Below the pieces are notes generated by a model that was given only the letters and a program-made list of their open reading frames with translations, did not search any database and was not told the origin of the DNA. The translations under genes were made by a program, and so were the position numbers. DNA of 64,000 nt from IMG/VR virus record IMGVR_UViG_3300018080_000142, positions 29,680 to 93,679 of that record. The stretch is one strand, 5' to 3'. Source of the stretch: a virus. Shown here piece by piece: positions 27,319 to 37,870 of the stretch (positions within the stretch are counted from its first letter, which is position 1; each line of letters begins with the position of its first letter).

Positions 27319-27358
27319 ATCCCGGTAGGTTTTTAACAGGATCTACCGGGATTTTTTT
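27319..27358 (+). terminator. Intrinsic terminator
   Basis: ATCCCGGTAG...CTACCGGGAT followed by T run. Confidence 0.8.
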
Positions 27359-27385
27359 ATTTGTTATATATAAAAATTTATTGTT

Positions 27386-28306
27386 ATGAGAATTAAGCAG
27401 TTTAAGCTCCTGTCAAGGGGTGAAGAAGGTATTCAGGTCCATGCAAAGGAATTCATTGCCGGAGAGAAATACCAGGTGATCGATGATGTGCAGAGAACGA
27501 GGAAACTCAGCGTTGATAAGCCATTGGTCGAAGAAGTTCAGAAGTTGAAATATTTCTTTCTTAATCTGACCGGACACTGGATCGAGCCTTACAGCAACCA
27601 CTACGACTCCGTAGAGAAAAAAGTACTTTACGTAAAAGGCGAAGCAAAATCCAGCCACGTCATTCTGAAGGATCTCTGGAACAGAACATTCGTTACCGGT
27701 GCAACAGCCGGTGATAATGGAAGCTTTGTCATCACCGGAGAAATCGAAATCACACCGGAAAAAAAGATCGGTCTTGCCACTCCGCTTATCCATCAGGAAG
27801 ATGATTTCGGTTTTCACGCGGATTGTTTGAAAACTCTCAATGATATATCCGTAAAGATATCTGAGTACTTCGCATCGGGTACGGCACTGGTTGAAAGAAA
27901 AATCAAGGAGCTTCCGAGCAAACCTGGTATGACTGAAGAAGAAGTTGCTGATGAAGAACTCAGCAGGATGGTGCGAAATAATATTATCGCTCCTATGGAG
28001 GGAATCTCTGCCGATGAAGGTGACGAACAATCAGATACCGGGCAACCAGCACTGAATGAAAGCACCAAGAACATTGATGGTAAGCATCTCAAGGAAGCAG
28101 GTATTGAGGAACCGGATTTCGAGCCGAAGAAACCGGATCCATACGGTCCGCCTGCAGCGACCATACCGGCAGATACCACCGGGGAAGTTCCTACACCGGC
28201 AGAACAGAAAGCAACTGATCCAGGAGATCTGAGCAGTATGGAACATTCCGAAAGCATGGGAATATCGGAACAGGATGAAAAGGAAGGTGACGAGGAAGAA
28301 TGGTAA
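27386..28306 (+). CDS. Hypothetical protein with acidic disordered C-terminus
   Basis: 306 aa. Confidence 0.65.
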   Translation: MRIKQFKLLSRGEEGIQVHAKEFIAGEKYQVIDDVQRTRKLSVDKPLVEEVQKLKYFFLNLTGHWIEPYSNHYDSVEKKVLYVKGEAKSSHVILKDLWNRTFVTGATAGDNGSFVITGEIEITPEKKIGLATPLIHQEDDFGFHADCLKTLNDISVKISEYFASGTALVERKIKELPSKPGMTEEEVADEELSRMVRNNIIAPMEGISADEGDEQSDTGQPALNESTKNIDGKHLKEAGIEEPDFEPKKPDPYGPPAATIPADTTGEVPTPAEQKATDPGDLSSMEHSESMGISEQDEKEGDEEEW

Positions 28307-29082
28307 GCATCCTGTTTAACAAAGACCGTAGGGTAGAATTCTCAAAGGATACACACACCTACACCATTGCGGGAAATCCTCTGCAGAGCGTAACCAGGTT
28401 ACTCAGCTCGGTAATGATTCCGTTTGAAAGCCAGAAGATTTCCTATGCAATGGCAAAAGGTGATCCGGGCAGGCAGAAAGAGATCCTGGAACAGTGGGAA
28501 GAAAAGCGTGTCAGCGCTGAGAACAGGGGCAACTGGATCCACGACAACATTGAATCGTTCGTTAAGTTCGGCAATTATGATGAGAAGCTGCAATCTGTGG
28601 TTAGCCAGATGAAACCAGTTCTCAAAGAAGGCTACCGGTTCTATTCCGAAGCAATGGTATACTCAACGGAGCATATGGTTGCCGGGCAGACAGACCTGGT
28701 CGTACAGAGGCAGAAATCGCTTAATTCGGTATTCGATTTCTATGATCTCAAGACTAACGAAGCGAAAGGGATCCAGTTCGACAGTATCTACCGGAAGAAG
28801 GATCCGCACCGGCACTACAATAAGTTCCTGCTTCCACCGCTTGACCACCTGGAAGATTGCAACTACAATATATATTCCCTGCAGCTCAGTATGTATGCAC
28901 ATCTGGCTCAGGAAACCTGGGGGATCAAGATAGGAAAGCTTGCAATACTTTTCATTGATAACGACCTGCAGCTGCATCAGTATCCCGTACCATACATGAA
29001 AATGGAGGTAAAGAAACTTCTCGACAGCAGGAAAAATCTCAAGAGCATTCCAGCAACCACTGATGATGATGATTGGGTATGA
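28300..29082 (+). CDS. PD-(D/E)XK exonuclease
   Basis: HTY...SVTRLL, RGNWIH, AGQTDL, YDLKT, YSLQLSMY motifs. Confidence 0.8.
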   Translation: MVSILFNKDRRVEFSKDTHTYTIAGNPLQSVTRLLSSVMIPFESQKISYAMAKGDPGRQKEILEQWEEKRVSAENRGNWIHDNIESFVKFGNYDEKLQSVVSQMKPVLKEGYRFYSEAMVYSTEHMVAGQTDLVVQRQKSLNSVFDFYDLKTNEAKGIQFDSIYRKKDPHRHYNKFLLPPLDHLEDCNYNIYSLQLSMYAHLAQETWGIKIGKLAILFIDNDLQLHQYPVPYMKMEVKKLLDSRKNLKSIPATTDDDDWV

Positions 29083-29609
29083 GCGTTTTTAAAGTAGATA
29101 GGAACTTCCAGATAATTCTTAACAAAGATGCCGTTAAGCTTGTCCCGGAACTGTCAACACTCAGCCAGGAAGAACTGAGGTATGTCATCCTGGTCGTTGA
29201 TTATGTTGACGGTCCCTTCCGTAAGAAACCTCTCGAGGAAAGGAAACTCATGGCAAGAAGGCAGATCTATAAGAACTCAGCCAGGGATCCGGAAAGTGAG
29301 AAGGTGAGAATTGCAATGGAAGCTTATAAAGGACTTGTCTTTGATATTCGCAGGGAAACCGTAGATGTTTTCAGCACAAAAATCACAGCACTACAGAAAG
29401 AGGCATTGGAGCCGAACATTACCTATACACGTATGATCGAGATCGACAAGACAATATCTTTCATGCAGGACCGGATCACATCGATCAACCACGAACTTGA
29501 TGTGGAGGAAGGGGAGGAAGTAGAATTGAAAGGACAGAAGAAACTTTCTTACATCGAGATATGGCAGGGCAGGCAGCGTAAATTCGCCGAGTATCAGAAA
29601 AATATGTAA
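29079..29609 (+). CDS. Putative terminase small subunit / conserved pre-terminase protein
   Basis: Helical protein translationally coupled (TAATG) to the large terminase. Confidence 0.45.
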   Translation: MSVFKVDRNFQIILNKDAVKLVPELSTLSQEELRYVILVVDYVDGPFRKKPLEERKLMARRQIYKNSARDPESEKVRIAMEAYKGLVFDIRRETVDVFSTKITALQKEALEPNITYTRMIEIDKTISFMQDRITSINHELDVEEGEEVELKGQKKLSYIEIWQGRQRKFAEYQKNM

Positions 29610-31759
29610 TGGGTTGGCAGAAACCATATGTCCCGATAACAAAAAGAAAGAATTTCAATCCCTACCCGGTTGCAGGGAATATACCCTTATTCGCTGATGG
29701 CAAGACAAATCCGAAGGTAATCGGTACAAAGCCGTATGAAGAATTTTGGGATGAGCAGTTTGATCGCTGTATAAACGGATACAGCACCGGCGGTATCGAT
29801 ATCCCAGGAAGATATTACTTCTACCTGAATTTCCATATCCTTACCGGTCTTAAAGGTCCGATGTACCCGATGTTTGTTGACCTGGACCTTGAGTACTACC
29901 GTCTTGTGGATTATGTTAAGAAACACCAGAAACCCGGTATAGTATCTCCCAAGGCCCGTAGAAAGGGACTGAGTGAAAAAGCGCAGAACATACTGAGCCA
30001 CGGCATAAGGTTCATCCAGGACTACCGTGGAGCCATCGCTGCCGGTCTGGATACTTACCAGGTCGGGCTCAGGAAAAAGTTCGATGCTGCGCAGTCAAAG
30101 TATCACGATGAATTGCGACTGAATGTCCTAAAGGATAATGAGAAAATGTTCCATGTGGGATATGAACGCAAGGATCCCATCGGTGGTTTCGTAGTTGACG
30201 GTCATGGTGGCCGTCTTTCTTTTGAAACAATGTATGACGATGCCAAGAAACTTGAGGGTGAGTATTTCCATGATGTAGTCTTTGAGGAATCCGGTCAGTT
30301 TAAACTACTTGGTGAGGCATTCGAATCAATAAAGCCTGCCCTGGAATTCGGATCGCTGATGGCCGGAACATTCTATATCTACGGGACCGGTGGCAATATC
30401 CTGTCAACATCCAAGGACTTCAAGGAATTTTGGGATGCTGCAGAGACCTATGGACTGGAAAGATTTTGGGTTCCCGGAACACGGATGTATTATCCATTTT
30501 TCGGTAACAAACTCAGTGAGTATCACACAGATCCGGACAACGGAAAGAAAATTGACGCAATTCCGAACTTGAGGCATATGAAACCATATCAAAGACTTGG
30601 TTGTGAGGACATTGAAGCAGCCAGGGAATATATCCTCAAGAAAAGGGTAGAATATGCCAAACTGCCTAACAAGAAAAAACTGAAGGAACACAACCAGAAC
30701 TATCCTCTGACCATTGAAGAAGCATTTACATCAGGTGGATCCAATAACTTCAATGATGAGTTGATCTACTCGAGATTGTTTGATATAGAAGGCGATACCG
30801 GGATTTACAAGCCTATTGTACTCGAGTGGCTGTATGAGGTCAATGAGGATGGCGTGAAAAAGCGAAAGCTTCCTCTCGAGGTGAGGTGGAGGCCGGCAAA
30901 GAAAAATGACAAGGAAGGGTTGATCGTATGGGTATATCAGTTTCCGAGAAAGGATCTCATAGATCTCGATGTCGGAGGTATTGACGGCTACAACCAGGAC
31001 CAGACTCAGACAGGATCCTCTCTGGGTGCAATGACCGTTGTGAGGCAGGGAAATAAGGTGAACCTCGAGAAAGAAGGAATTCACCGGGCAGAATATCCGG
31101 TCTGCCTGTATTACCAGCGCCCTGCCAGGAAAGAGATCTTTTACGAGATCTGCCTGATGATATCTGTAATGTACGGACTCAGAAGGAATACTATGGCGAA
31201 TGCGGAGCAGGACTTTGTCATAGACTACTACGTAAAAAACGATGGCAGGATATATCTCTCACCGCGTCCGAAATCGTTCGAATCGCAGAAGTCGCAACAA
31301 CTTCACAAGTATGGTGCGAAAATGACCGGTTATTCAAAACCGATGATCCTGGGACTTGTCCAGAGCATGATCGAGGATTTCATCCAGTTCTATAATTTCC
31401 CACCTATGTTGCGTGACATGCTTGCTTATGATGAAGAATACATAGGTACTGACTGGGATTCTGTTGACGCGCTGGCCTATGCCAAGATGCGCATCGAGGA
31501 TATGAAAACCAGACCGCGCCAGGCTCCGGATGAATCGGATGATACTTATGACGAACCTGAATGGAAATATGACAAGGATGGGAATGCTATTTTAGTTGAG
31601 AGAGAACCGGCCGACAGAGGCTCCAAACCAAAGAAGGGAACACCGCTGGAAGGCCCCGGAGGATGGAGACACGGATTCAGTTATGATGAAATTGACAAGG
31701 AAGAAAAAAAGCACCGGGAGGATCTTGACAGCGAGACTGATTGGCAAAAAATACTCTAA
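29609..31759 (+). CDS. terL: Terminase large subunit, crAss-like
   Basis: GRYYFYLNF, Walker A KARRKGLS, Walker B VVFEESG, GTGG, YPLTIEEAF, nuclease GGIDGY and WDSVDAL. Confidence 0.92.
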   Translation: MGWQKPYVPITKRKNFNPYPVAGNIPLFADGKTNPKVIGTKPYEEFWDEQFDRCINGYSTGGIDIPGRYYFYLNFHILTGLKGPMYPMFVDLDLEYYRLVDYVKKHQKPGIVSPKARRKGLSEKAQNILSHGIRFIQDYRGAIAAGLDTYQVGLRKKFDAAQSKYHDELRLNVLKDNEKMFHVGYERKDPIGGFVVDGHGGRLSFETMYDDAKKLEGEYFHDVVFEESGQFKLLGEAFESIKPALEFGSLMAGTFYIYGTGGNILSTSKDFKEFWDAAETYGLERFWVPGTRMYYPFFGNKLSEYHTDPDNGKKIDAIPNLRHMKPYQRLGCEDIEAAREYILKKRVEYAKLPNKKKLKEHNQNYPLTIEEAFTSGGSNNFNDELIYSRLFDIEGDTGIYKPIVLEWLYEVNEDGVKKRKLPLEVRWRPAKKNDKEGLIVWVYQFPRKDLIDLDVGGIDGYNQDQTQTGSSLGAMTVVRQGNKVNLEKEGIHRAEYPVCLYYQRPARKEIFYEICLMISVMYGLRRNTMANAEQDFVIDYYVKNDGRIYLSPRPKSFESQKSQQLHKYGAKMTGYSKPMILGLVQSMIEDFIQFYNFPPMLRDMLAYDEEYIGTDWDSVDALAYAKMRIEDMKTRPRQAPDESDDTYDEPEWKYDKDGNAILVEREPADRGSKPKKGTPLEGPGGWRHGFSYDEIDKEEKKHREDLDSETDWQKIL

Positions 31760-31786
31760 TAATTTATTATTCTCACGATTTTTTTA

Positions 31787-31794
31787 TATTTTTG
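31787..31794 (+). promoter_or_regulatory. Possible TAnnTTTG promoter for the portal gene
   Basis: TATTTTTG 10 nt upstream of the ATG in a short intergenic gap. Confidence 0.4.
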
Positions 31795-31804
31795 GATTGG
31801 TGTA

Positions 31805-34021
31805 ATGTCAATTTTCCCTGATATAACTGATAAGGACTTCTCTTTACGCGGGAAAGAAAACCCCGATGTAAAGCAGATGCTTGATTATGCTGTCCTGCAA
31901 TGGGAGGCCCGCCACGACCGGCGGGAGAGAGTTGAAAAGCTCTACAATTCCTTCAACGGTATAGTTGACGAAGCCGAAATAAATTCCATAATCAAGACCA
32001 CAGGGAAGAAATCCAAAACAAAATATGTCAAATACCGGTTAGGCAGATCCAAGCTTAAGCAGCTCCACGGCGAATTTCTTGAGATACCCATCCAGCCAAT
32101 TGTCCGAAGTACCAATCGTGACGCTCAGAATGAAAGGATGCAGAAATACAAGAAAGCACTGGCATTGTCAGTAGCAAAACCTTTCATCGAACAGGCAAGA
32201 GCAATGGGATACGATGTCTATTCCGGTGTTGAAATACCCGACAAGAACGATAAAAGCTTCTGGAACATCAACAATTTTAAGCTTGCCAATGAGATCATAA
32301 TGAATCATATCATTGAGGACAAGCTCACAAACGAGAGGCTTAAATCAGAATTCCACGCTAACTTTGTTGATCTCACCATTGCGGCCGAGGTTCACGGCAA
32401 AAACGAACGTGATGCCGATGGAAAGGATACCTACCGATTTATTCCGGCAAAATTTGCCCTGTACGAAGAAACAGTATTCGATCCATTCCTTGACAGAACA
32501 CCATACAAGGGTGAGGTAAGATTCATGTATTATCATGAACTCCTATCAAACCCTGAATTTAATCTCGACCAGGATCAGCTTGGAAGGCTGAAAGAGATCA
32601 GGCAAGAATTCAATACCGAAGATAGGCAGGGTAACATTGAAATTATCAATGGTTATCCCGCCTTCCCGGTTTATACGATCCAATGGAAAGGACTGGAAAC
32701 GGTCTACGTAAAGATATCCCCGGCGAAAGATTCCGATGAACCTTACAAAAGGATCCTCAGCAGGGAATATTTCAATGCCAACAAAGGCAAACTCCGCAGG
32801 GATGTCCAGAACGGAAAGTATAAGATCATAAGGAAATACCGGGAAGTGATCTGGACAGCCTCACGCATTACAAAAGACATTTATACCCCGGCCAAAAAGG
32901 AAGAATACATAATCCAGAGACTCAATGAAAATGGCCGGCTTACCGCTGACTTTGACTATACCGGAATGCTTTTCTCAACAGTCAACGGAACCAGGGTATC
33001 GATCCAGGAGATCATATATGAACTCGAGAGGATCTATGATGATATCCGGTTCATGATCAATAAGGAGATCCGTAAGATCAGGGGCGACACGCTTGCCTAT
33101 GACGATGCATTCCTGCCGAAAGGTAAGCGGTTCATTGATATACTTCACAGTATAAGCGAGGACGGTGTTGTTCGATTCAACTCATCGGCTGAAGGTAATC
33201 TCAGCGCATCCGATGTTGATAGCAACAAAGTGGGAATACAATCCCTTAACTTGGGACAGAGCCAGACACTGCTCGTATTGATGAATCAGGCAATGGATAT
33301 CGAAAGGGTCATGGACCGGATTACCGGGATGAATGAATCGCGCCAGGGACTTGAAAAGGCAACTACCACGGCTACGACCAATATAAACAATGTCGAGGCT
33401 TCCAGATCAATGACATACGATATGTTCTATTTCATGTCGGATTACATCGAGAGGGTTCTTGAGAAACTTTGTGAAAAAACAAAACTGAACAAGACATATC
33501 ATGGACTCGATTCACGTCAGTTCATTTTCTCGGACGAGGAAATAAAATACCTGATATCAACGAAAAATCTTATCTACCACAACTACGCGGTTTCAATAGT
33601 TGATGGTAAAAAGGAAAGAGATACCATTCGGAAGATTGAACTTCTGTTCCCGCAGGAGATCAATGCAGGTATGCTCCGAACGAAAGACGTAGCCAAATTC
33701 TATATGGAGAGCAATTTTGCCAAGGCCATCAAGATACTTGACCAGGCTCATGAAGAACTTGCTACGATCCGTAAACAGGAAATCAAAGCTTCCCAGGAAG
33801 CGAAACAGCAGGAGGTTGAGGCCAAGCTTAAAATAGCTACCGATGACCGCGAGGACAACCAGCAGCATGACAAGGAAATGGAACTGCTTCGTACCGAGGG
33901 CAAGAAAGAAGTGGAGGTTCTCAAAGGTGCTATGAAGGCCACCCAGGATTTTCAAAATGATCTTGGGAAAGCCAACATCGAAAAACAGAAATCATCCCCT
34001 GAAAATCCATTCGAGACTTAA
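31805..34021 (+). CDS. Portal protein
   Basis: 738 aa after terL; ITGMNESRQG...TATTN motif; coiled-coil C-terminus. Confidence 0.85.
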   Translation: MSIFPDITDKDFSLRGKENPDVKQMLDYAVLQWEARHDRRERVEKLYNSFNGIVDEAEINSIIKTTGKKSKTKYVKYRLGRSKLKQLHGEFLEIPIQPIVRSTNRDAQNERMQKYKKALALSVAKPFIEQARAMGYDVYSGVEIPDKNDKSFWNINNFKLANEIIMNHIIEDKLTNERLKSEFHANFVDLTIAAEVHGKNERDADGKDTYRFIPAKFALYEETVFDPFLDRTPYKGEVRFMYYHELLSNPEFNLDQDQLGRLKEIRQEFNTEDRQGNIEIINGYPAFPVYTIQWKGLETVYVKISPAKDSDEPYKRILSREYFNANKGKLRRDVQNGKYKIIRKYREVIWTASRITKDIYTPAKKEEYIIQRLNENGRLTADFDYTGMLFSTVNGTRVSIQEIIYELERIYDDIRFMINKEIRKIRGDTLAYDDAFLPKGKRFIDILHSISEDGVVRFNSSAEGNLSASDVDSNKVGIQSLNLGQSQTLLVLMNQAMDIERVMDRITGMNESRQGLEKATTTATTNINNVEASRSMTYDMFYFMSDYIERVLEKLCEKTKLNKTYHGLDSRQFIFSDEEIKYLISTKNLIYHNYAVSIVDGKKERDTIRKIELLFPQEINAGMLRTKDVAKFYMESNFAKAIKILDQAHEELATIRKQEIKASQEAKQQEVEAKLKIATDDREDNQQHDKEMELLRTEGKKEVEVLKGAMKATQDFQNDLGKANIEKQKSSPENPFET

Positions 34022-34046
34022 TTTTTTTATTTAATACATTATTATT

Positions 34047-35318
34047 ATGACTGATGACACACAAACAAAAACAGGATTCCAGGAAGTCGATGAAGAAGAT
34101 GACTTCGAATTCGGGGGTACTGGGAAAGGAGAAGGTGGATCTGATGAAGGATCTGAAGGAGGATCCGCTGCTTCCAGAAGTTCCGGGGGCGATGATAGTG
34201 ACGATAGCGGGTCGAAAGGTGATGATGGGGCAGAGAGCAAGAAAGGATCTGAGTCAGGCGCTGCAGGAGATGGCAGCGGAGATATGGCTGGCTCGGCAGA
34301 AGAAACTGGCGATGATACCGGGGAGGGCGGTGATGAAGAAGGAGAAGGAAAAGGAGAAGAAGGATCGGCAGGCGAAGGTGGCGAAGGAGAGGATGATTTC
34401 TTCGGTTCAGTCGAGGAAGAAGGCGGAGAGGAAGGTAAAACTGAAGGTTTCGACTTCAAAGCATTCGCACCGGAATTCGGCATTGAACTCGAGGAAGGTA
34501 CTCAGCAGGAGTTCCGTGAGAAGATAACTGAAAAGATCGAAGCGGCAAAGCAGGATTTCAAGCTTGACGACTATTCCCCGGATGCTCAGATGATCATAAA
34601 GCATCTGAATCAAAATGAAGGTAAAGTTGAGGATTTCTTCAACAACGAAAATATTAACTCCCTGCAGGCCGTTATGGGTCTGGATCCCGAGCAGAAATTT
34701 CTGTATGTTCGTACAGGCGAACTTTCCAGGGCAGGTCTCGATGCTGAAAAAGCTTCCGAGCAGGCTGCCCAGGAAATAGAGCAGATGAGTGCAAGGGAGG
34801 TCAAGAACGTTGCCGATTCGATTGACGATGACGCAAGGAAATTGATCACTGAGGAAGTGAACAAGATAGTCACTGGCAGGGAGGAAGTTATTTCACAGCA
34901 AACTGAAAAACGGAAGTTAAGAGTTCAGCAAGAAATAGAGTCGTTGAAAGCTCATGTAAATTCCCAGGACGAGTTCATGGGAATCAAACTTACCCCAAAG
35001 GCCAAGCAAAACATTGTTTCGCAGATTGAGTCTGGTGAGTTTGACAAAGTGACAAATGCAACGCCTGCTGCATCAAAATTTGCAGCTTACATGCTTGCAA
35101 AGTATGGAACTAAGATTGCCAAGAACTATGCTGATAAAGCATCGATACAGAATCGAAAAGGTCACAACGCCGCTCTTGATGGTCAGTTAGGTGCATTGCA
35201 CAACATTCCTGACGAGGCCAAGGGCAAGAAAACAGGTCATCAACAGACAGCTCAAGGAGAGAAAGGTAAGTTTGATGACTTCAGCGATGACATTTTCGAG
35301 GACGAAGGCGAGGCTTAA
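34047..35318 (+). CDS. Scaffolding-like protein with acidic G/E/D/S low-complexity N-terminus
   Basis: Between portal and capsid genes, as in the crAss-like gene order. Confidence 0.65.
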   Translation: MTDDTQTKTGFQEVDEEDDFEFGGTGKGEGGSDEGSEGGSAASRSSGGDDSDDSGSKGDDGAESKKGSESGAAGDGSGDMAGSAEETGDDTGEGGDEEGEGKGEEGSAGEGGEGEDDFFGSVEEEGGEEGKTEGFDFKAFAPEFGIELEEGTQQEFREKITEKIEAAKQDFKLDDYSPDAQMIIKHLNQNEGKVEDFFNNENINSLQAVMGLDPEQKFLYVRTGELSRAGLDAEKASEQAAQEIEQMSAREVKNVADSIDDDARKLITEEVNKIVTGREEVISQQTEKRKLRVQQEIESLKAHVNSQDEFMGIKLTPKAKQNIVSQIESGEFDKVTNATPAASKFAAYMLAKYGTKIAKNYADKASIQNRKGHNAALDGQLGALHNIPDEAKGKKTGHQQTAQGEKGKFDDFSDDIFEDEGEA

Positions 35319-35375
35319 CAGGGGATTGGCTGAGTGACGCAGAAAATTACTATCAATTTCTAAATCATTCAGACA

Positions 35376-36884
35376 ATGAAAATTAAAATTGTTCATGGTA
35401 GTGTGAGCGAAGGTGATGCTCAAGAATTTCACTTGGTACAGAATCACCTTCTGGATCCTACCAAAAATATTGACAGGGTCATTATGTATGCCGAGCAAAG
35501 GCATCTCATGACTCTTTTGACATCCGGGGCCAGGGACGCACGTTACACGGCTCCCGGTGTAACTCCTAAAGGGGGCGATACTGTTACGACAAAGATCCAG
35601 CCGATACCGCAAGGTGAGATGGTATCTTCAAACGCATGGTCTTACAAGATCATGGGTCGTATTCAGAAAGCTTCTGAAGTCGTTGGAACTGCCGCCGTCG
35701 GGACAGTTACAACAGGAACTACCACAAAAGGCGGAACTTTTGCATTATACCTGAAGGATTCCTATATGACCATTGGCATGAACTGTGTGTTCCCGAATGG
35801 AGAGCATGCAAGAGTTATGTCACGCCCAACCGGTCATGACGGGAAATTCCTTTATCGTTTCGAATGTTTCCCCGGCAAAACCTTTTCCTGGGCAACGTGG
35901 ATAGGTACGCAGATCGGTCGTAAGACTGTATTCGGCGGATATACCACGTATGGCGAAAGGTCAAGACGGGGTTACGGCCATTTCCACTATCCGGATCGTT
36001 ACATTCAGCACACAACAAAGCAGAGAAAGTCAATCTCTCTGTCAGGTGATGTTAACGCAAATGAGGTTATCTGGTACTCAGTAAACGAATCGAGAGGTTT
36101 TGTTTATGAGGCAGAAGCTCAGATGCGGGCGCAATTCCTGCTGGAAGATGAGTACAGACTCTGGTGGGCTGAATCAACGATGAGGGATCAATACGGTAAC
36201 CTGCTTCCCCGTCCTTCCATGCAGGACGAGTACGGCCAGGACATTGTAGCTGGTGACGGTTGGGTGAAGCAGATCGAAGGTGCAAACGACCTCGAGGCCA
36301 GTGGCATCGATGGCTCTGCAACCTACGATGACTTTGCCGACATGATCCGGACCCTGAAGAAGAAGAAAAACCGGATTTCAGGGAATACCTGGATTGTTGT
36401 TACCGGTGCTGACGGTATGCAGAACGCACATGACGTTGCTGCCGGAAGATTCAACGCTGGTAACCCGCTTGTACAGCAAGTCAACCAAACGAGTGCAGCT
36501 GGTGGGGCAGAGCCCTACGTTGGCTACAACTTCAAGAGGCTGAACATCGCTGGCGAGCAGTTGATCTTTGTTGAGAACCCAATGCATGATGACGAGGAAA
36601 AGTTCCCGGCAAAACTCACCAACGGCAAGCCGAGGATGAGCATGACATATTACTTCATGGACCTGGACGTTGACTTCAAGGGAAGGAAGAACGTGGAGAT
36701 CCGCTCGCGCGGGCGTGCAGGCGTGAACAGGAATATTGTATATTACTGGGAAAATGGTATGACAGGTGAGGGTACGCCCATGAGTCCTGTCGATGCCAAG
36801 GCGTTCCATATGCTTAAAGAGACTCTGCTTGCAGTGTTCAACACCAAGTCATGTGGAATCATCACACCGTCACTGACAGCATAA
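35376..36884 (+). CDS. Major capsid protein, crAss-like
   Basis: 502 aa; GERSRRG, TTKQRKSISLSGD, IVAGDGWVKQI, VTGADG, VGYNF motifs; followed by a strong terminator. Confidence 0.88.
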   Translation: MKIKIVHGSVSEGDAQEFHLVQNHLLDPTKNIDRVIMYAEQRHLMTLLTSGARDARYTAPGVTPKGGDTVTTKIQPIPQGEMVSSNAWSYKIMGRIQKASEVVGTAAVGTVTTGTTTKGGTFALYLKDSYMTIGMNCVFPNGEHARVMSRPTGHDGKFLYRFECFPGKTFSWATWIGTQIGRKTVFGGYTTYGERSRRGYGHFHYPDRYIQHTTKQRKSISLSGDVNANEVIWYSVNESRGFVYEAEAQMRAQFLLEDEYRLWWAESTMRDQYGNLLPRPSMQDEYGQDIVAGDGWVKQIEGANDLEASGIDGSATYDDFADMIRTLKKKKNRISGNTWIVVTGADGMQNAHDVAAGRFNAGNPLVQQVNQTSAAGGAEPYVGYNFKRLNIAGEQLIFVENPMHDDEEKFPAKLTNGKPRMSMTYYFMDLDVDFKGRKNVEIRSRGRAGVNRNIVYYWENGMTGEGTPMSPVDAKAFHMLKETLLAVFNTKSCGIITPSLTA

Positions 36885-36922
36885 AGGTCGGGGGATAACT
36901 TCCCCTTACCTTCTTTTTTTTT
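36884..36922 (+). terminator. Intrinsic terminator after the capsid gene
   Basis: AAGGT.GGGG-ataactt-CCCC..ACCTT followed by a long T run. Confidence 0.75.
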
Positions 36923-36959
36923 ATATTTTTTTTTTAACATTTTTTTTATTTTATCAATT

Positions 36960-37865
36960 ATGGCAAGAGAATTAGTAACATATCATGAACGGTTATGGAT
37001 CAGAGATAATGCAGTTATCCAGATGGGATCCAAGATTAAGTATGATGTCATGGACGTTGACAAGGTGGCTGAACGGATCAGTAAGGAAAGAAAGAGCGAA
37101 GGGATGACACCTTGGGTTGAAATTCAGCCTATCAGCGAGGACATGCATAAATCTCCCAACAGGGTTGCTACCTTTCAGAAAGATCCAAAAACCGGTGTCC
37201 TGTATGGAATCGCAATCGACCAGGATGAATTCGGAAATATCAGATGGCAGAAAATCCAGCTGCATGATCATCTATCACTTAATCTGGACAAAAGGGATGA
37301 TTCGCGTATCTGGGCAGCTATCCGGTTCCATCCTGATATCCAGGGATCCCCCTGGCAGAAACAGGCTCCTTACTACAAGATCTATGATCCTGTCGAGGAA
37401 GCCAGGAAAGAAATTTCTGAAGTAGAACAGGTCCGTACAGCTTTTCTCAGGGTAGAAAAGCTCCTGGACAATCCCAAAAGTATGGTCCACTTTGCAAGGT
37501 TCCTCGGTGAAGACCTTATGGAAAATGCAAATCACAGGATCGTCAAGGGAAGACTTCTGGCTGCAGCAAGGAATCATCCATTTGATTTCAACCAGAAATG
37601 GGAAAGCAAGGCTAGAAGTCATGCCGAACACTACTTTTCTGCAAAGTCTCTGGGTATTATTGAAAGCTATGCTGATCGCGGACTTATCTTCAGGGGAATA
37701 GCACTTGGGTTCAGCGATCAGGAAGCAATAAAATTTCTCAGCAATGACAGTTCTGTAATGAACTCGGTTGTCAGCGAACTCGAGGAAAAAGACGTTGTTG
37801 TACAGTCGGTGGCAAAAACTGTCGGAGATGTTGAGAAAGTTGAAGCAGACGAAGAATTCAGTTAA
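36960..37865 (+). CDS. Conserved post-capsid protein (crAss-like block)
   Basis: 301 aa; position directly after the capsid gene. Confidence 0.55.
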   Translation: MARELVTYHERLWIRDNAVIQMGSKIKYDVMDVDKVAERISKERKSEGMTPWVEIQPISEDMHKSPNRVATFQKDPKTGVLYGIAIDQDEFGNIRWQKIQLHDHLSLNLDKRDDSRIWAAIRFHPDIQGSPWQKQAPYYKIYDPVEEARKEISEVEQVRTAFLRVEKLLDNPKSMVHFARFLGEDLMENANHRIVKGRLLAAARNHPFDFNQKWESKARSHAEHYFSAKSLGIIESYADRGLIFRGIALGFSDQEAIKFLSNDSSVMNSVVSELEEKDVVVQSVAKTVGDVEKVEADEEFS

Positions 37866-37870
37866 TAGTT

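Noticed and set aside
34031-34527. Antisense and alternate-frame ORFs over the scaffold gene, and similar shadow ORFs elsewhere (e.g. 16377-16973, 27413-28030)
   Set aside because: They are by-products of low-complexity sequence or codon bias in the real gene
29609-36884. Introns or inteins in terminase, portal or capsid genes
   Set aside because: The ORFs are continuous, of normal length, and lack intein or homing-endonuclease motifs
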